From positions 137,702,001 through 137,766,000 of the forward strand of contig OX597817.1 of assembly GCA_951406725.2 (NCBI GenBank): 64,000 nt of DNA. The letters are read 5' to 3'. A program made the translations under genes and the position numbers. This DNA comes from Octopus vulgaris. Its lineage: Eukaryota. Below the pieces are notes generated by a model. That model ran no database searches and was not told the DNA's origin. It saw nothing but the letters and a program-made list of their open reading frames with translations. Of this stretch, positions 12,591 through 26,985 are shown piece by piece (the first letter of the stretch is position 1; every line of letters starts with the position of its first letter).

Positions 12591-12895
12591 AATCAATGCA
12601 GTAATAAAAAGATTATTATATACAACCTTGAAAAAACTGTTTGAAATTAAAACCCAATGAGGCCACAAAACAATTTCAAGGCATTCAATGATTGTATAAA
12701 TTCGATATTGATTGGCATTAAGGTCAGGGAAGCATCAATTTCGAGATAGTTTTTTGTTTTCTGAAATTCCTGAGGCTATCAGACCATTCCTCCTTTGAAA
12801 ATACAAATAATTCACTAATCTGAGATCGTTCATGCATTTCTATGCACATGCAAACACATTCACATACACGTAGGCACGCGCATACATGCAGACAC

Positions 12896-12935
<40 letters not shown>

Positions 12936-13599
12936 ATAGAAATGCAAACAAACAACAAGAGAGAAAGAGAGAGAGAGAGAGGGAGGGAGAGAGATCATAA
13001 ACATGTGAAAATATAGAGAAACATACAGAAACATACCCGTAATCAGATACCACTTTCACACAAACCGTACACAGACACATACACACACACACACACGCAC
13101 ACATATAAATACATACAAAAATCACATATAAATACACAAGACACACTCACACACATTAACGCACATGCACACACACAAACATACAAACCCTCATCTATAC
13201 CTAACCTACGTATATTAATCAGTGCTTTTGGGTTTCTCAGCATTTTCTATATCGGCTTTAGCTTTTCTAAGCCTATAACACACACACACACACACACATT
13301 AACACACATACACACGCATAGACATACACACCCTATCTGTTTTACCTTTTATAAGCATATAACACACACACACACACACATCACGTATCTTACAATATTA
13401 CATATAACTGAAATCCCGTATATCTAACGCCAACTGTAACGCAAATATCGTACACGCCACACAATATCGTGTATCTAATATTTATCTACCATTTATATTC
13501 TTTACAGTTTTACATATCTGATATACATCACATAGATTTCTTACAATATCATATATCTGACACATACACATGTGTATGTGTGTGTTTGCACGTATGTGC

Positions 13600-13651
<52 letters not shown>

Positions 13652-13984
13652 GGTGTGGTGTGTATGCGTGTGTGTACATGCAACACATTAATAAAACAAA
13701 AATGGAGAACTGTACATCGTGAAAAACATGTTTATTAAAGTATTATATACACTACATTCACTTTAAATCTCTGTCTGGCATGTGTTTCTACTACATAGAT
13801 ATCCTAAGATGTGGCATTTCGTTGCGTCCTCTTGGTTCAATCGCATTATAAGTTCATCCAAGGTATACTTATCCATGCAACTTTATTCAAGATCTTACGA
13901 CTATAAATTTTGAAGCGAACTCTCTCTCTCCCTCTTTCTTTCTTTCTTTCTCTCTCTCTCTTCTCTCTCACTATCCTTCTCTCT

Positions 13985-14018
<34 letters not shown>

Positions 14019-14399
14019 AAGTTTATATGAAATATTACTTGATTACTTGCAAAAAAGTATACTTCATAGCTATCACGTATATGTTTAGACTTGATTTATA
14101 GAAAACCGCACGCAAAAAGTTCTAATTTATCCAATGTTACCTCTTAGTTGGAGAAAGAAAATACCAACCTAGCAGTTTACGTTGGCGACTTTCAAAGAAA
14201 GATAATTTCAAGAAATTAAGAATTTTTCAAAATAAATCCACGTGAATAGAGGAAATCTTGATCTTTGCTTTCAGGCAAATGGAAATACTATGGAGATGTT
14301 TCTGTTATATTTAACCTCGTCAGCATAGCAAAAACTTTACTTATAAATTTAGCACTTCTGGGTTGTTGATATAAACAAAATATAAAATGTGCTTATGTC

Positions 14400-14528
14400 T
14401 GCATATACGTAGATACTCACACACACACATATATATACATATGTATATAGAAATATATATGAGTGTGCATATGAGTATAAATAAATATATATATATATAT
14501 ACATATATACATACATATATACATATAC

Positions 14529-14595
<67 letters not shown>

Positions 14596-14723
14596 CATGT
14601 ATATACATATATATATATGCATATATACATATACATGTATATTTACATATATATATACATATATATGCGTATATACATATATATACATATATGTATATAC
14701 ATATATATGTGTGTGTGTGTATG

Positions 14724-14795
<72 letters not shown>

Positions 14796-14860
14796 CGTAC
14801 ATACGTACATATGCGTATGAGTATAAATATAGATATATATACATATTTGTATGTATGTAT
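14400..14860. repeat. Compound (TA)n/(CA)n/(TACA)n microsatellite block
   Basis: Directly visible. Similar blocks at 16190-16850, 24900-25240, 25990-26660, 34750-36920 and 60900-62900. Confidence 0.95.
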
Positions 14861-15092
14861 GTCATTGTTCAGTTTCATTTCAAGTTTTCTTACCAATAGA
14901 GAAGGAACCGGTTTGTAACCTAGATCCAAGGCTCCTTCATTGGAATTTCAACATCAACAACAGGGTATTTTTGTTTGTATGTATGTATTTATGCATATAT
15001 ATCATTATTCAATTTATTTCATGATTTCTTTGCAATAGAGAAAGAACCGGTTTCTAACCTAGATGCAAGCTCCTTCATTAGAATTTCCACAT
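14860..15092 (-). mobile_element. Two tandem short 3'-end fragments of a (CATA)n-associated RLE retrotransposon
   Basis: Reverse complement matches the 3' UTR at 51075-51186 and 40410-40500 (GTTGAAATTCCAATGAAGG...AGAAACC.GTTC...ATTGG.AAGAAA). Both lie within (TATG)n. Confidence 0.75.
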
Positions 15093-15829
15093 CTATGTAT
15101 GTATGTATGTATGTATATACGTACGTGCGTATGTACGTATGCATTTCAAAATAAATACGTCCCAATATATTTATATATGTTCTATGTAGAAAGGGTGGGG
15201 GACTTTCTTCGAACATGTTCATAGAGAAAGCGGAATAACCTCCAGAATATTTCATACAATCTTATAAACAACAAACAGTGAAGTGTATGAAAATACTTCT
15301 TCAATCGGACGCTTTCTTTCTTTCTTTCGCTAAAATTGGCAACAGTTTTCTCTTTAAAACAACAACTATAATAAACAATAAAAATTAACAAACAATCCCT
15401 TGTTTGCTTTTTGTTTTGTCTTTTTGTTTTGTAAAAAAGATTCAAACAGGTTTCATATAAAGGAACACCGATGGAATTTGGTATTTTTTAAAGAACTTTT
15501 TTACATTTATTGATTAATTAGAACTTTTTTTTTTGTCAAATTGAAAACTAAAATAATAAATATAAAAATGATACAACTTTTATGATATGAAAAATACATT
15601 TATAATAATAATAATAATAATAATAATAACAGCAACAACAACAATAATAATAATACTAATACTAATAATGATAATGATAATAATAATAAAATGATGATAA
15701 TAATAATAATCGATAACTCATCAGCAATAATCCTAAAGGAGAAAAAAAAAATTGCATTCACGGTAATATGATCAAAAGAAAATTACAGGACGATTGTTAT
15801 TTTGAACAGCCGCTTTTTTTTGAAGTTTA

Positions 15830-15893
<64 letters not shown>

Positions 15894-16286
15894 TATTTAT
15901 TTATTTTCCTTATGTTTCTTCTAAACTTGGAGGTAATTGTACTTTTTGGCTAACAATTTACTGGAACAGAAGAATTCAAAGGCAGAGTGGGGTGTAGGAA
16001 CATAAAATAGAGCATAAATTAATAGGAAAAAATATAAAATGCTGAGTGTGCGTGCGCGCGCGTGTGAGTGTGTGTACTCACACAAAGACACACACATGAA
16101 TGTATACTTGAATATACATTTCATATACGTGTACACCTACATCCAGCCATACATACATGCATGACTGCCTTGTTCTCTTTCTCTGTGTGTGCGTGTGTGT
16201 GTATATAATATGTGTATATTTACATATATAAATATATATATATATATATGCATATACATATATATGTATATATATTTATGCATATT

Positions 16287-16334
<48 letters not shown>

Positions 16335-16341
16335 TATATAC

Positions 16342-16398
<57 letters not shown>

Positions 16399-16593
16399 GG
16401 TGTGTGTATCTACGCGTATGTATGTCTGCATGTGTGCATGCGTATATGTAATGTACATATATTTATACACACATATATATACACACACACAGATATCTAT
16501 CTATCTATTATCTATCTATCTATATATATATATATATATATATTATGTATATGTTAATAAAATGAGACGACATATATATATATCCATATATAT

Positions 16594-16644
<51 letters not shown>

Positions 16645-17344
16645 TATATATGTATCCATGCATGTTTGTATGCATGTATATATGTATGCATGCATGTATA
16701 TATGTATGCATGCATGTATATATGTATGTATATATATGTATGTTTATGTATGTGTATGTGTGTACATGCGCATGTATGCATGTATGTATGTATACATCTA
16801 TGTGCGTATATACATATGTCTATGTCTATATATAAGTATCTATGCTAGATGAATAGATAAAAGGAGAGAAGCACAAGAGAATTAATTTACATTGATATTC
16901 TTAAAAAAATTAATCTATATCTCCAGCTTCGATCTGTTTGATTATTGACAACGTTCAAACGATATCGTAAAGTCACATGTGTGTGTGTGTCTCTCTCTCC
17001 CCTCTACCCCTTTCTTTTTCTCCCCCTCCCCCGCTGTTTGTACTGTATGTGGTTATATTTATTTAGGAATGTACATACGGGTACACACATGTAAAATGAT
17101 AAGTAAGTGTATGTGTGTGTAAGCGTATCGGTCTGTGTTTATGCGTGTTAGTGTGTATGTGTGTGAGTGTGTGTGCATGTGTGTGAGTACGCATATAAGT
17201 ATATCATATCTATTTATTTTTCTATCTATCTAACTAACTAACCATATGTATATACGTGTTCGTGTGCGTTTGTGTGAGTATATGTATATGTACGTCTATT
17301 TATGTGTATATGCAGATTGATATATATATATATATATAGTATAA

Positions 17345-17890
17345 GAGCATTTATATTGCATATTCTAAACGTTTCCCATAAACAAACTTAAAGGATAAAT
17401 ATATATAAAAAAAAGGCAGGAAAGGCTATGTAAGTATTACAGAAGGACCGCTGCTAGACTCCCGGTATGAGTAAGGAGTCTAAGGCGGGTCGTGTTCGAG
17501 TGTGTATAAGTTAAATAAAATGAGATAACAAGGCCAACGCTATGTGATATTTCGAGGACATTTATAAAGAGATAGGTTGTCTTACAGCTGTTTCGGGGAA
17601 ATAAAAGATATACCGTCATCAGAGACATGTTGAGGGAGTTAGCCAGAGGGAAAAAGTAGAATTCAATTTAAGTAGTTATTTTGGAAAAGGATAGATATAG
17701 GAAGGATAAAAGGAAATAAGAGAATGAAAATAAAAGTAAAAATATATGTAGGATGTTACAGCTGCAGCTCCATTATCCAAGGAAAGTGGTGTGTAGAATG
17801 GGTGGAAATACCTCTTATGCATGGTATGTAGATTCTAATAGGAGTTCGTATTTTATTATTACACAGCCTTGGCTTTGTTGTCTCTTTTAT
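17345..17890 (-). mobile_element. PLE-derived non-coding repeat with hammerhead motif
   Basis: Homologous to 40640-40900 in the opposite orientation (GAAACAGCTGTAAG...TTTATAAATGT...CCTTG...TTATCTCATT). Confidence 0.6.
17578..17627 (-). ncRNA. Type-I hammerhead ribozyme motif
   Basis: Minus strand TGTCT-CTGATGA-cggtatatcttttatttcccc-GAAA-CAGCTGT-A-AGACA. Stem I UGUCU/AGACA, palindromic stem III ACAGCUGU, GUA cleavage triplet; stem II weakened. Confidence 0.65.
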
Positions 17891-18114
17891 TTAACATATA
17901 CATGCATAAGACCGGTATTAGAGCCTTAATAAGACCGGTATAAGAGTCCTCACTCGTATTATTATCGAATCGAGAGTCTAACTATGGTCCTCCCGTAGCT
18001 TTACCTGCCATCTTGGGTCTTCTAGATACCAACACCTCTCGAATATCATACTTGTGTGTGTATGTGTGTGTGTGTGTGTGTGTGTATAAATTGAAGAAGA
18101 AAACAAAATCAAAT

Positions 18115-18462
<348 letters not shown>

Positions 18463-18572
18463 ATAAATATTAGGGAATAAATCCAAATTTACAGGGAAAA
18501 TCAGATTTAGGATTGAATCCAATTTTATAGTCTTTCTTTGTTTGATTTGCATAATAGTGGTTTTGTCTCTAA

Positions 18573-18639
<67 letters not shown>

Positions 18640-19449
18640 CGCATGTGTATACATATATATGTATAGCAGGTACAATGATTACAGCCGCTGGTAAAATAAA
18701 GCGCCAGTTATGCACGGGGATCTGCGGGTTCAAATCGTACGTCAAATAAAGAAAGTTCAAGGTTACCGCCAGAAATACGGGGCCAGGTCTCTGATGGAAG
18801 CCATGTTTGTCCCACACCCACAAGGATGAAATCTTGCAATAGCATGGTCACATAGCAAAGTCATAAGAATGTTCATAAATAGATCAATAATGAATTACCT
18901 TTAGTTCTCGGTGAATATATATTCCTAAAGACAAATAAGCTTGGGAAAGGTTTAGGAAAAGAACTTAAAAATATTCGGTACTCACCCGAAAATCAGAAAC
19001 GTCCACTTTAGGAATGTTCGAAAGATGTAGTTCTGAGAGATTTATCTGCAAAGCAGAAATATGTCAATGAGTATCGTTTAAAAAGAGTTGATATTTCGCG
19101 AAACATTTGGAAATGAAATAGGGAAGGAAGTTAATTTGAAATATTTATTTACTTCAGGAATGTAGGTTTCAGACCAGAAAAATACAAAAAAAAAAAAAGA
19201 AAAGAAATATATGTTGTATATTATTGTTATTCTGTTGGTCAGTTATTTGTTAGTTTGAATTCAATTGAAAAAAAATGCTGAGTACTTCAAACAAATTGAT
19301 TTCTTTCTAATGTTCGAGCAATGTTTGCTGTTAATATTATATGCAGAATCAATCTACATTATTTATTTCATGCTAGTGTGATAATTAGTATTAATCGATT
19401 AACTTTGCACCAATCACATTCATCTAACGCCATTGATTTTAAAGCAGCT

Positions 19450-21340
19450 TCTTTCCAAAGTATATCTTTGAAACTATTTCGAATGAGTCCTTTGGCTGTA
19501 GAAAATATTTATCATCCATGGTGTCTATTTAAGGCATGCAAGAAATAATTAATTTAGCAATGAACACTACTTAGTGCCAGTAATGAGTTACGAAATAATA
19601 AATTCGAACCATAGTTTAGCATTTAATAACCAGATGCAGAGTGGCCTCAGGTCAACTCAGATCAGAGAGATGGTATACACTACTGATCTTTCAAAACCAT
19701 GTCTTGAAGCTGTTTACAGTTGTTCCAGTATAAGTTTTGTATGTAGGTTTACTATCGACTTGTACTTTAATTCTGTATACTTCTTCGATCAAGTAATTGC
19801 CATTAAGCTGGTAGCTTCTAGTATCTATACAATTACATTTAGATTTATTTTCATTTCTATTAATTCCAGCAAGTCTTTTCGCGTTCTATTTCGTTAACCA
19901 ACAAAACAAACAACAAGAATAACTTACTTTTACGGTGCTCCTGTTAAATATCCTTTAATACGCATCTTGAAACATCTCTTGATATTGAATCTAAAAATTC
20001 CCCAGCTGCATCAGTTTTGACATTAATACAATTTTTTTGATTGAAGAACAAAACCTTCTGGTCCTCTTTCTACGAGATCTCCTGGGTTTATTTTCTTCTC
20101 TCGTATAACAAATCATGTCAGAAAATCGGCTGTTTTAAGGGAATTGTTGTAATAAAGTGAGGCCATTCGGAAGGTTTCTTCATCCACTGAGAAAGACGAT
20201 AATTACTCCTTCAAAATGTAAGGTGAGTGGGTGGAAATCTTATAAATATAGAATAGCCTTTCGTTACGCTTGTGGTAATGCCTAAAATTACTTAATTGTA
20301 GACCTGAGGTAACATCTAAGAAACTTGACACTACTAAGGTTCGTATCAACAGTGATTCTTAAAGCCACACGCGAAAAGAATGATTAAGATCTTCTCTGAA
20401 CCTATCGACTCCATATCCGTTTTTATGGTAGACGAACAATTCGTCGACAGACAGTTGATTGACAGACAACTTACAGACAAGACAAGTGACTGATTGGACA
20501 TTTGCTGCAAGGACAATATGTCGAAATGTTTTAAAAAGAAACTAAAAATTAGGAAAATATTCTATTAGATTTACAAATAAAAACAATCTATTCATAAAAT
20601 GATATTACATACAATAGGTCGACATATGAAAAAAAGCACTAAAAGAGTTTTGTTAGTCTTACAAATAGAAATAAAGACATCCCATACAATTATGGTCACA
20701 TGCCCTTGAAAATTCCAATCCAGCTTCATCGTCGTAATTAAGAACAATGGTTTTAAGTCTTAAGATGAATACGTTTTGCTTTTCCTTGCCACTTCAACCC
20801 CTGATACGGCTAGCTCTATTACCATTTCGGTGCGTCACTTTCCTACCCCAAAATTCTGAATTAATTCGGATAAGTTGGGATGATGGACTTTAACTCTTCT
20901 ACTGAAGGCGTGGTGCCACCCTTTGTATAGAAGCTTTCTGCTTCCTTGTTCCGTTTTGATGAACTCCATGATCGATACTTCCGCATGTCGACTTATAGTC
21001 CAGTCAGCCAATTGTCAAATCGGCGAATTGTCTGTCGACGAATTGTCTGCACACGATTTGTACTATGAATAATAATAACAATAATGAGCTTGTCATCACT
21101 GTATATACACGCACAGAATTTTACAGAGAATTCAGAATATATGAAGCAATAACTACGAATAGTTCCGCCCCATCCATTGGCACATCAAACGGTTCATCCT
21201 TGTTTCTCTTAACTCTGACTGGGGTCTTCACAAACAGTAATGATTTCCTGGAGTACCAGATGACATTAGTGTATGAGTCAATAATCGGTGTATACGTTTT
21301 AGAAAATCCTGGTTTAGAAAAATCCTTTTAGTATAAGAAG
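19450..21340 (-). mobile_element. Penelope-like element relic (RT plus C-terminal GIY-YIG), split by a MULE insertion
   Basis: Broken minus-strand translation: SRKSLLF...FDVPM-DGAEL...YSDD (21085-21300); ITVDTNLSSVKFLDVT...YHKRNE.LFYI (20230-20400); IFNRSTVKVSYSC (~19930); KCNC...LNGN.L...TYTGTT..FK (~19690-19850). Confidence 0.72.
20427..21055 (-). mobile_element. Mutator-like (MULE) DNA transposon deletion derivative with TIRs
   Basis: Exact 18-bp inverted match ACAATTCGTCGACAGACA (20436-20453 / 21029-21046) within subrepeated TIRs. Internal minus-strand GWHHAFSRRVKVHHPNL...TEMVIE...RLKTIVLNY...HN resembles a MULE transposase C-terminus. Confidence 0.75.
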
Positions 21341-21524
21341 TTTCCATTCCTTTCTTTGTGTCTAACGCAAACTCTCTCACACTCTATTTTCACTTTAGCA
21401 AAATTCTCTTCTATGTTTTATGATATGATATTCACTAACCCTAGCTTTAATTAAACACTACATTTTACTCTACCTTTGGTAATTGAGTACTAGTTTCTCA
21501 ACCTTGTTTTGCTTCTATGTGCTC

Positions 21525-21845
<321 letters not shown>

Positions 21846-22302
21846 AAATAGACCCTATTCATGAAGTTGTGATAAAGAAAACCGAAATATGTAAAGTTTG
21901 CAATGTTTATCAGATGTGTATTGATCTGATGGGAGAGTGATGTATGAACTTTTGGAAACACATCGATCATGGACATCTTCTTTCGATTAAGTCTCACATA
22001 TAGACGACTATAAAGGCTTCTATCTTGTATCACCTCTCATCTTTAGATCTGGTATAATCAGCTGACGTCATATTTCAATAGACCAATCAATGGAATTGAA
22101 TTCTCTTTACTACGTATTACATGTCTCGTCTAAAAAGAAAATTATTAGATTTTCTTTATACTTTAAAGACGAGGTGTAAATGTGTGTAGTAGTAAAGTTG
22201 TTTTGGTAAGACATATCTATGTACACTCACTCATTATGCACATAAAATTACATAACATAAATACATATATACATATATATCCTTATATACATATATATAT
22301 AT

Positions 22303-22335
<33 letters not shown>

Positions 22336-22595
22336 CTATGTTAAGATGCACAAGTCAGTTTTCTTCAAAGTATTTATCTTTTTCCTTTCTCACGATTTCC
22401 CCAACTTATGAATGGCGTCTATTTTAAACTAAAATATGGAAAAATGAAACAGAAAGAGAAAAAAAGCACAAAACTTCTAAAACGCATTGATTTGACTTCG
22501 AAAAGATATATTCCTTGTACGTCTGAATATAATAGTTCTAATGTATATTTTACCAAAACAAGGTAACACACGCACGCACATACACGCACGCACAC

Positions 22596-22733
<138 letters not shown>

Positions 22734-22839
22734 TTATCAGTCCTTTTTTCAAGCTTGGCGTCATATCATATGATATGCTCCAACGTTCCTGCATAGTTTA
22801 ACCTTAGCAAGGTTGTTGGTTCTGGAGGAAGGGACAGAG

Positions 22840-24620
22840 CCCTTAGCCTTTGTATGGGCTCTGAACTGTTGCAAGTGAACACCTGCAGGGAAGAGATGAG
22901 CAGGGAAGTACTAAGGACCAACATCATGAGAAGGAAGGATTCGGGAACTGTGTAACTGTACAGAATACGTTTGAGGGGAGGGGGAGTTATGTGTGAGTCA
23001 CGAGTATCAGAGTAGAGGTTGCACGGGACCAGCCAGCTCTAGGAGCAGCAAAACGTTAGTATGCCGGGCGAAACACACCAGCATCGGTTACATACACACA
23101 CACACATACATAGCATACATACATACATATATAAATACATGCATACATGGCAGAAACGTTACATACATACATACATGCATACATTCACATATACATACAT
23201 ACATGCACACATACATGCATACATACATACATACATATATAAATACATGCATACATGCATACATACATATATACACACACACAATAGTACATACATACAT
23301 ACATGTATACATTCACATATATATGTGCCGTTACGTTCTGAGTTCAAATTCCGCTGAGGTCGACTTTGCTTTCATCCTTTCGGGGTCAATAAATTAAGTA
23401 CCAGTTACGCACTGGGGTCGATATAATCGACTTGATCCGTTTGTCTGTCCTTGTTTGTCCTCTCTGTGTTTAGCCCCCTGTGGGTAGTAAAGAAATAGGT
23501 AGAAAAGGCAAACAAGGGGGGCAACATGCATGTCGAGCAGATGCTGGAGACATATCAGTGAAAAGGGTCGGTTGACCCTTTTCTGGATGTAGTGTAGGGT
23601 GTCTATGTGATGGGAGAGCAGTGAGGAAGGCGGCTGAGCGAGTTGAGTGTGTATTCTAGCCAGACGGTCCAAGCAGACGACTAACACAAATGATAGAATG
23701 TCGAGCCAGTTGCGGTAGCAGCTCCATTCTCGAGTTATTCACCAACCGTTGTAGATACAGAAGAACAAACAGTTATTTTCACAACTTCATACTTCTATTT
23801 CTGTTCTTAAGCCGAACAGATTCAGAATGCCAATGGCTGTTTTAACAAATACTTACTCATACCAGTAGTTGACAGCCACAGATGAGTTGTCATGAATTTA
23901 ACATTCCTCCAATCGTGGCAGTGTATCACAGAGCGATACTAACCAGCTATTTTGTCTGAACTCCAGAGGTTATCCATTCCCATGTGTATAAATTATTATT
24001 TGTATTGATCGTTTTATAGACCAACACGGAAAATACTTGCGCAGAATATAAAACTTCTGTTAATAGTTCGCAAGGTGTTGTTGATCTGTTACACGTTGCC
24101 AACCGCAGCCGAACTAAAACCCTGATATGTCCCATGTGGCGATATTGTCCGAATCTTCGCTGCCACTGGTATGTCCCATTATGACCACGTATTTTGTCGT
24201 CTCTACGGGATTGGTCCGAACGGCCTACCTTCGCCGACCCACCCTACCGACTGTGACAGTCAACCATTTATTAGCAGTGGACTAGCACATTTCTCGCCTG
24301 GGGGCGTCCGCCACAACAAACCCTTTGACACAGTTGGTAAACACCATTGTGGGGCCTCCTTGAGCATTGTAGATTTTCAATAATTGTTGGAGGTTGAGGG
24401 ATATTTTGACCCGATGAGAAGGATCAGTTTTCCAGCTAAGAGATCCTAGATATGTTAAAGATGTGCTTTCGTTAGGAGACGACCTGAGGGATAGCGAGTC
24501 CTAAAATTCTGAGTGATTGTGAGCGGGGGTTTAGCAGCGCGCTACTCGTGCTTGAAAGGGATGCAGGGAAATGAGGTTTTATTGACGTAGAAGCTCTTGC
24601 GTTTCCATGCTGCTGAAAGA
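22840..24620 (-). mobile_element. Old L2/Crack-type LINE C-terminal relic interrupted by a SINE and other sequence
   Basis: Fragments resembling L.IY.AQ.RPTM (~24340-24380), LHYIQKR...LQHL...VAPLVCLFY (ORF 23394-23687) and SLELAG...FPAHLFP...LQQF (~22860-23045). Confidence 0.5.
23040..23500 (+). mobile_element. SINE type B broken by a ~230 bp compound (CATA)n tract
   Basis: Head fragments at 23047-23090 and 23148-23161. Body GCCGTTACGTTCTGAGTTCAAATTCC...GTAGTAAAGAAATAGG at 23327-23499. Confidence 0.75.
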
Positions 24621-24897
24621 AATGAAATTGCTAAAGCCTCACTGAATAACGTTAAAATATGAATTATATTTGAGAAAAAAAAAATACAGATTACGAAGTA
24701 TATAAGACAGATCTGCAAATCGTCCGCCTACATTCAATACACACCATGCACATCAATATGCAAACACTTCTCTATTTGAGACAACTTAAACACTGATGAC
24801 GAAACAAAGACAGGGACAGGCGATCGGGAATGCGTATATCCCGATGCTAAATACATACATTCCAGCACACACGCGCGCGTGCATAATACCATACCAT

Positions 24898-24928
<31 letters not shown>

Positions 24929-25031
24929 CATATATATACATATACATACATACATATATATATACATATATATACATATATATACATATATATACATATA
25001 TATATATATACATACATACATTCATACATTC

Positions 25032-25082
<51 letters not shown>

Positions 25083-25988
25083 TATACATATATATAGACA
25101 TACACCATATATACACGCATACCGTATGTCTGGTTATGTGCATGTATATAGGTGTGCATAAGAGTATGTATGCACACACACGCGCGTGCGCGCGCGCACG
25201 CACACTGACACACATTCACACATATCTATATATATATATATACAGAGAGAGAGAGGGGGGAGCGCAGATACACGTAAACATATAAAACAGGTTCCCTTGT
25301 TTAAACCGGGTCAACTCTGCGTCCCTTTCATATTTCCCTCCGCTCACCTTGTATTGCATTATTCATCGGCTGCCCTCTCTCACACTCCATAAATCTAAGA
25401 AAGACGGCATTCACAGCTTCTTAAACTCTCCTTAGACTGGTTGATTGTCCCTTAGAAATTGCCCATCGCACTTGTTAGTGAGTGTAAACATTCACACGTT
25501 GAATGGAAGGAGAGTTGAGGCCGAGGAGGAAGAATCTTATCTGAAGGTCGCATTGAATTGAGGCGCGTTTGGCCTAGAGGCAGGGAACCATTATAAATAA
25601 CGATGCGGACACTATATTTCTGAAGGCCGCAGGGAATTAAGGGAATGAAAGCGGAGACTCTTTATATATTAGAAGGAACCAGCGGCCATTGATCCAGGGC
25701 AAGGATACCTTTATATTTTGGAGGACCGCTGTGCATTATAACTGATTCACATTTATACCGAAGACAAGTAATTCTGCGGAATTGATGTCAGTCGTTACCA
25801 ACGGTTTAATATTATTTAAATTAAATATGGTGGAAATTGTGTTAAATAGAAATGAAATGTAAATGACATTTTATGTGGTTATCAAGAAAGGAACAACACT
25901 GGAATAAATAATAGAAAAAAATATTAACTTTTAATGTAAAATTCTAGCTTGCTTCCAGAGGCTATAAAAGGCCAGACAGAACCAAAGC

Positions 25989-26059
<71 letters not shown>

Positions 26060-26207
26060 ACACACACATTTCAGTATATGCATGTTAATGTTTGTATATA
26101 TATATATATATAATGTGTCTGTGTGTGTATATAATATATATATACATATGTATGTATGTTTGTACATATATGTGTGTGTGGGTGTGTGTGTACCTGTGTT
26201 TGTGTGT

Positions 26208-26254
<47 letters not shown>

Positions 26255-26925
26255 GGATGTATATATGATATGTATGTGTTTGAATGTGCGAATATATGTA
26301 CGCATGTATGGAAGCATATATACACATATTGACACATACATACATACACACACATGCATACATACATACATACATACATACACATACATACACACACACA
26401 TACATACATACATATATAAATACATGCATACATGCTTACATACATACATATATACACACACACATTCGTACATACATACATACATGCATACATTTACATA
26501 TACATACATACATGCACACACACATACATGCATACATACATACATATATACATAATGCATTCATATACATACATACATACATACATACACACACACACAT
26601 ACATACATACATACATACATACATACATACATACATACATACATACATTCACACATACATCTCGGTGGTATATATTTATGCAACGAGTGACCAACCCGTC
26701 AGTGCATTGTCAACCCACGGTGCAACCTCTTCCTAGATAAATGGTTTATTTACTCGCAGAAACCATTCAACTGTTCATTCGTTGACGGCAGCCAATAAAT
26801 ATTTTATATATTGTCTCACTTTTTACTGGAAACAAACAAACGCAAACTTTAGAAAATCGTAAATAAATCTGGGGAAAAATGGCAGAAAAGTAAGGAACGG
26901 TTTCATGACTTTTTACTCTCTCACC

Positions 26926-26985
<60 letters not shown>

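Noticed and set aside
20415-21065. Target-site duplication of the MULE element
   Set aside because: The flanks match at only about 5 of 8 positions; not claimed.
24793-24805. CTGATGACGAAAC hammerhead-like string
   Set aside because: No stem II and no convincing stem I or III.
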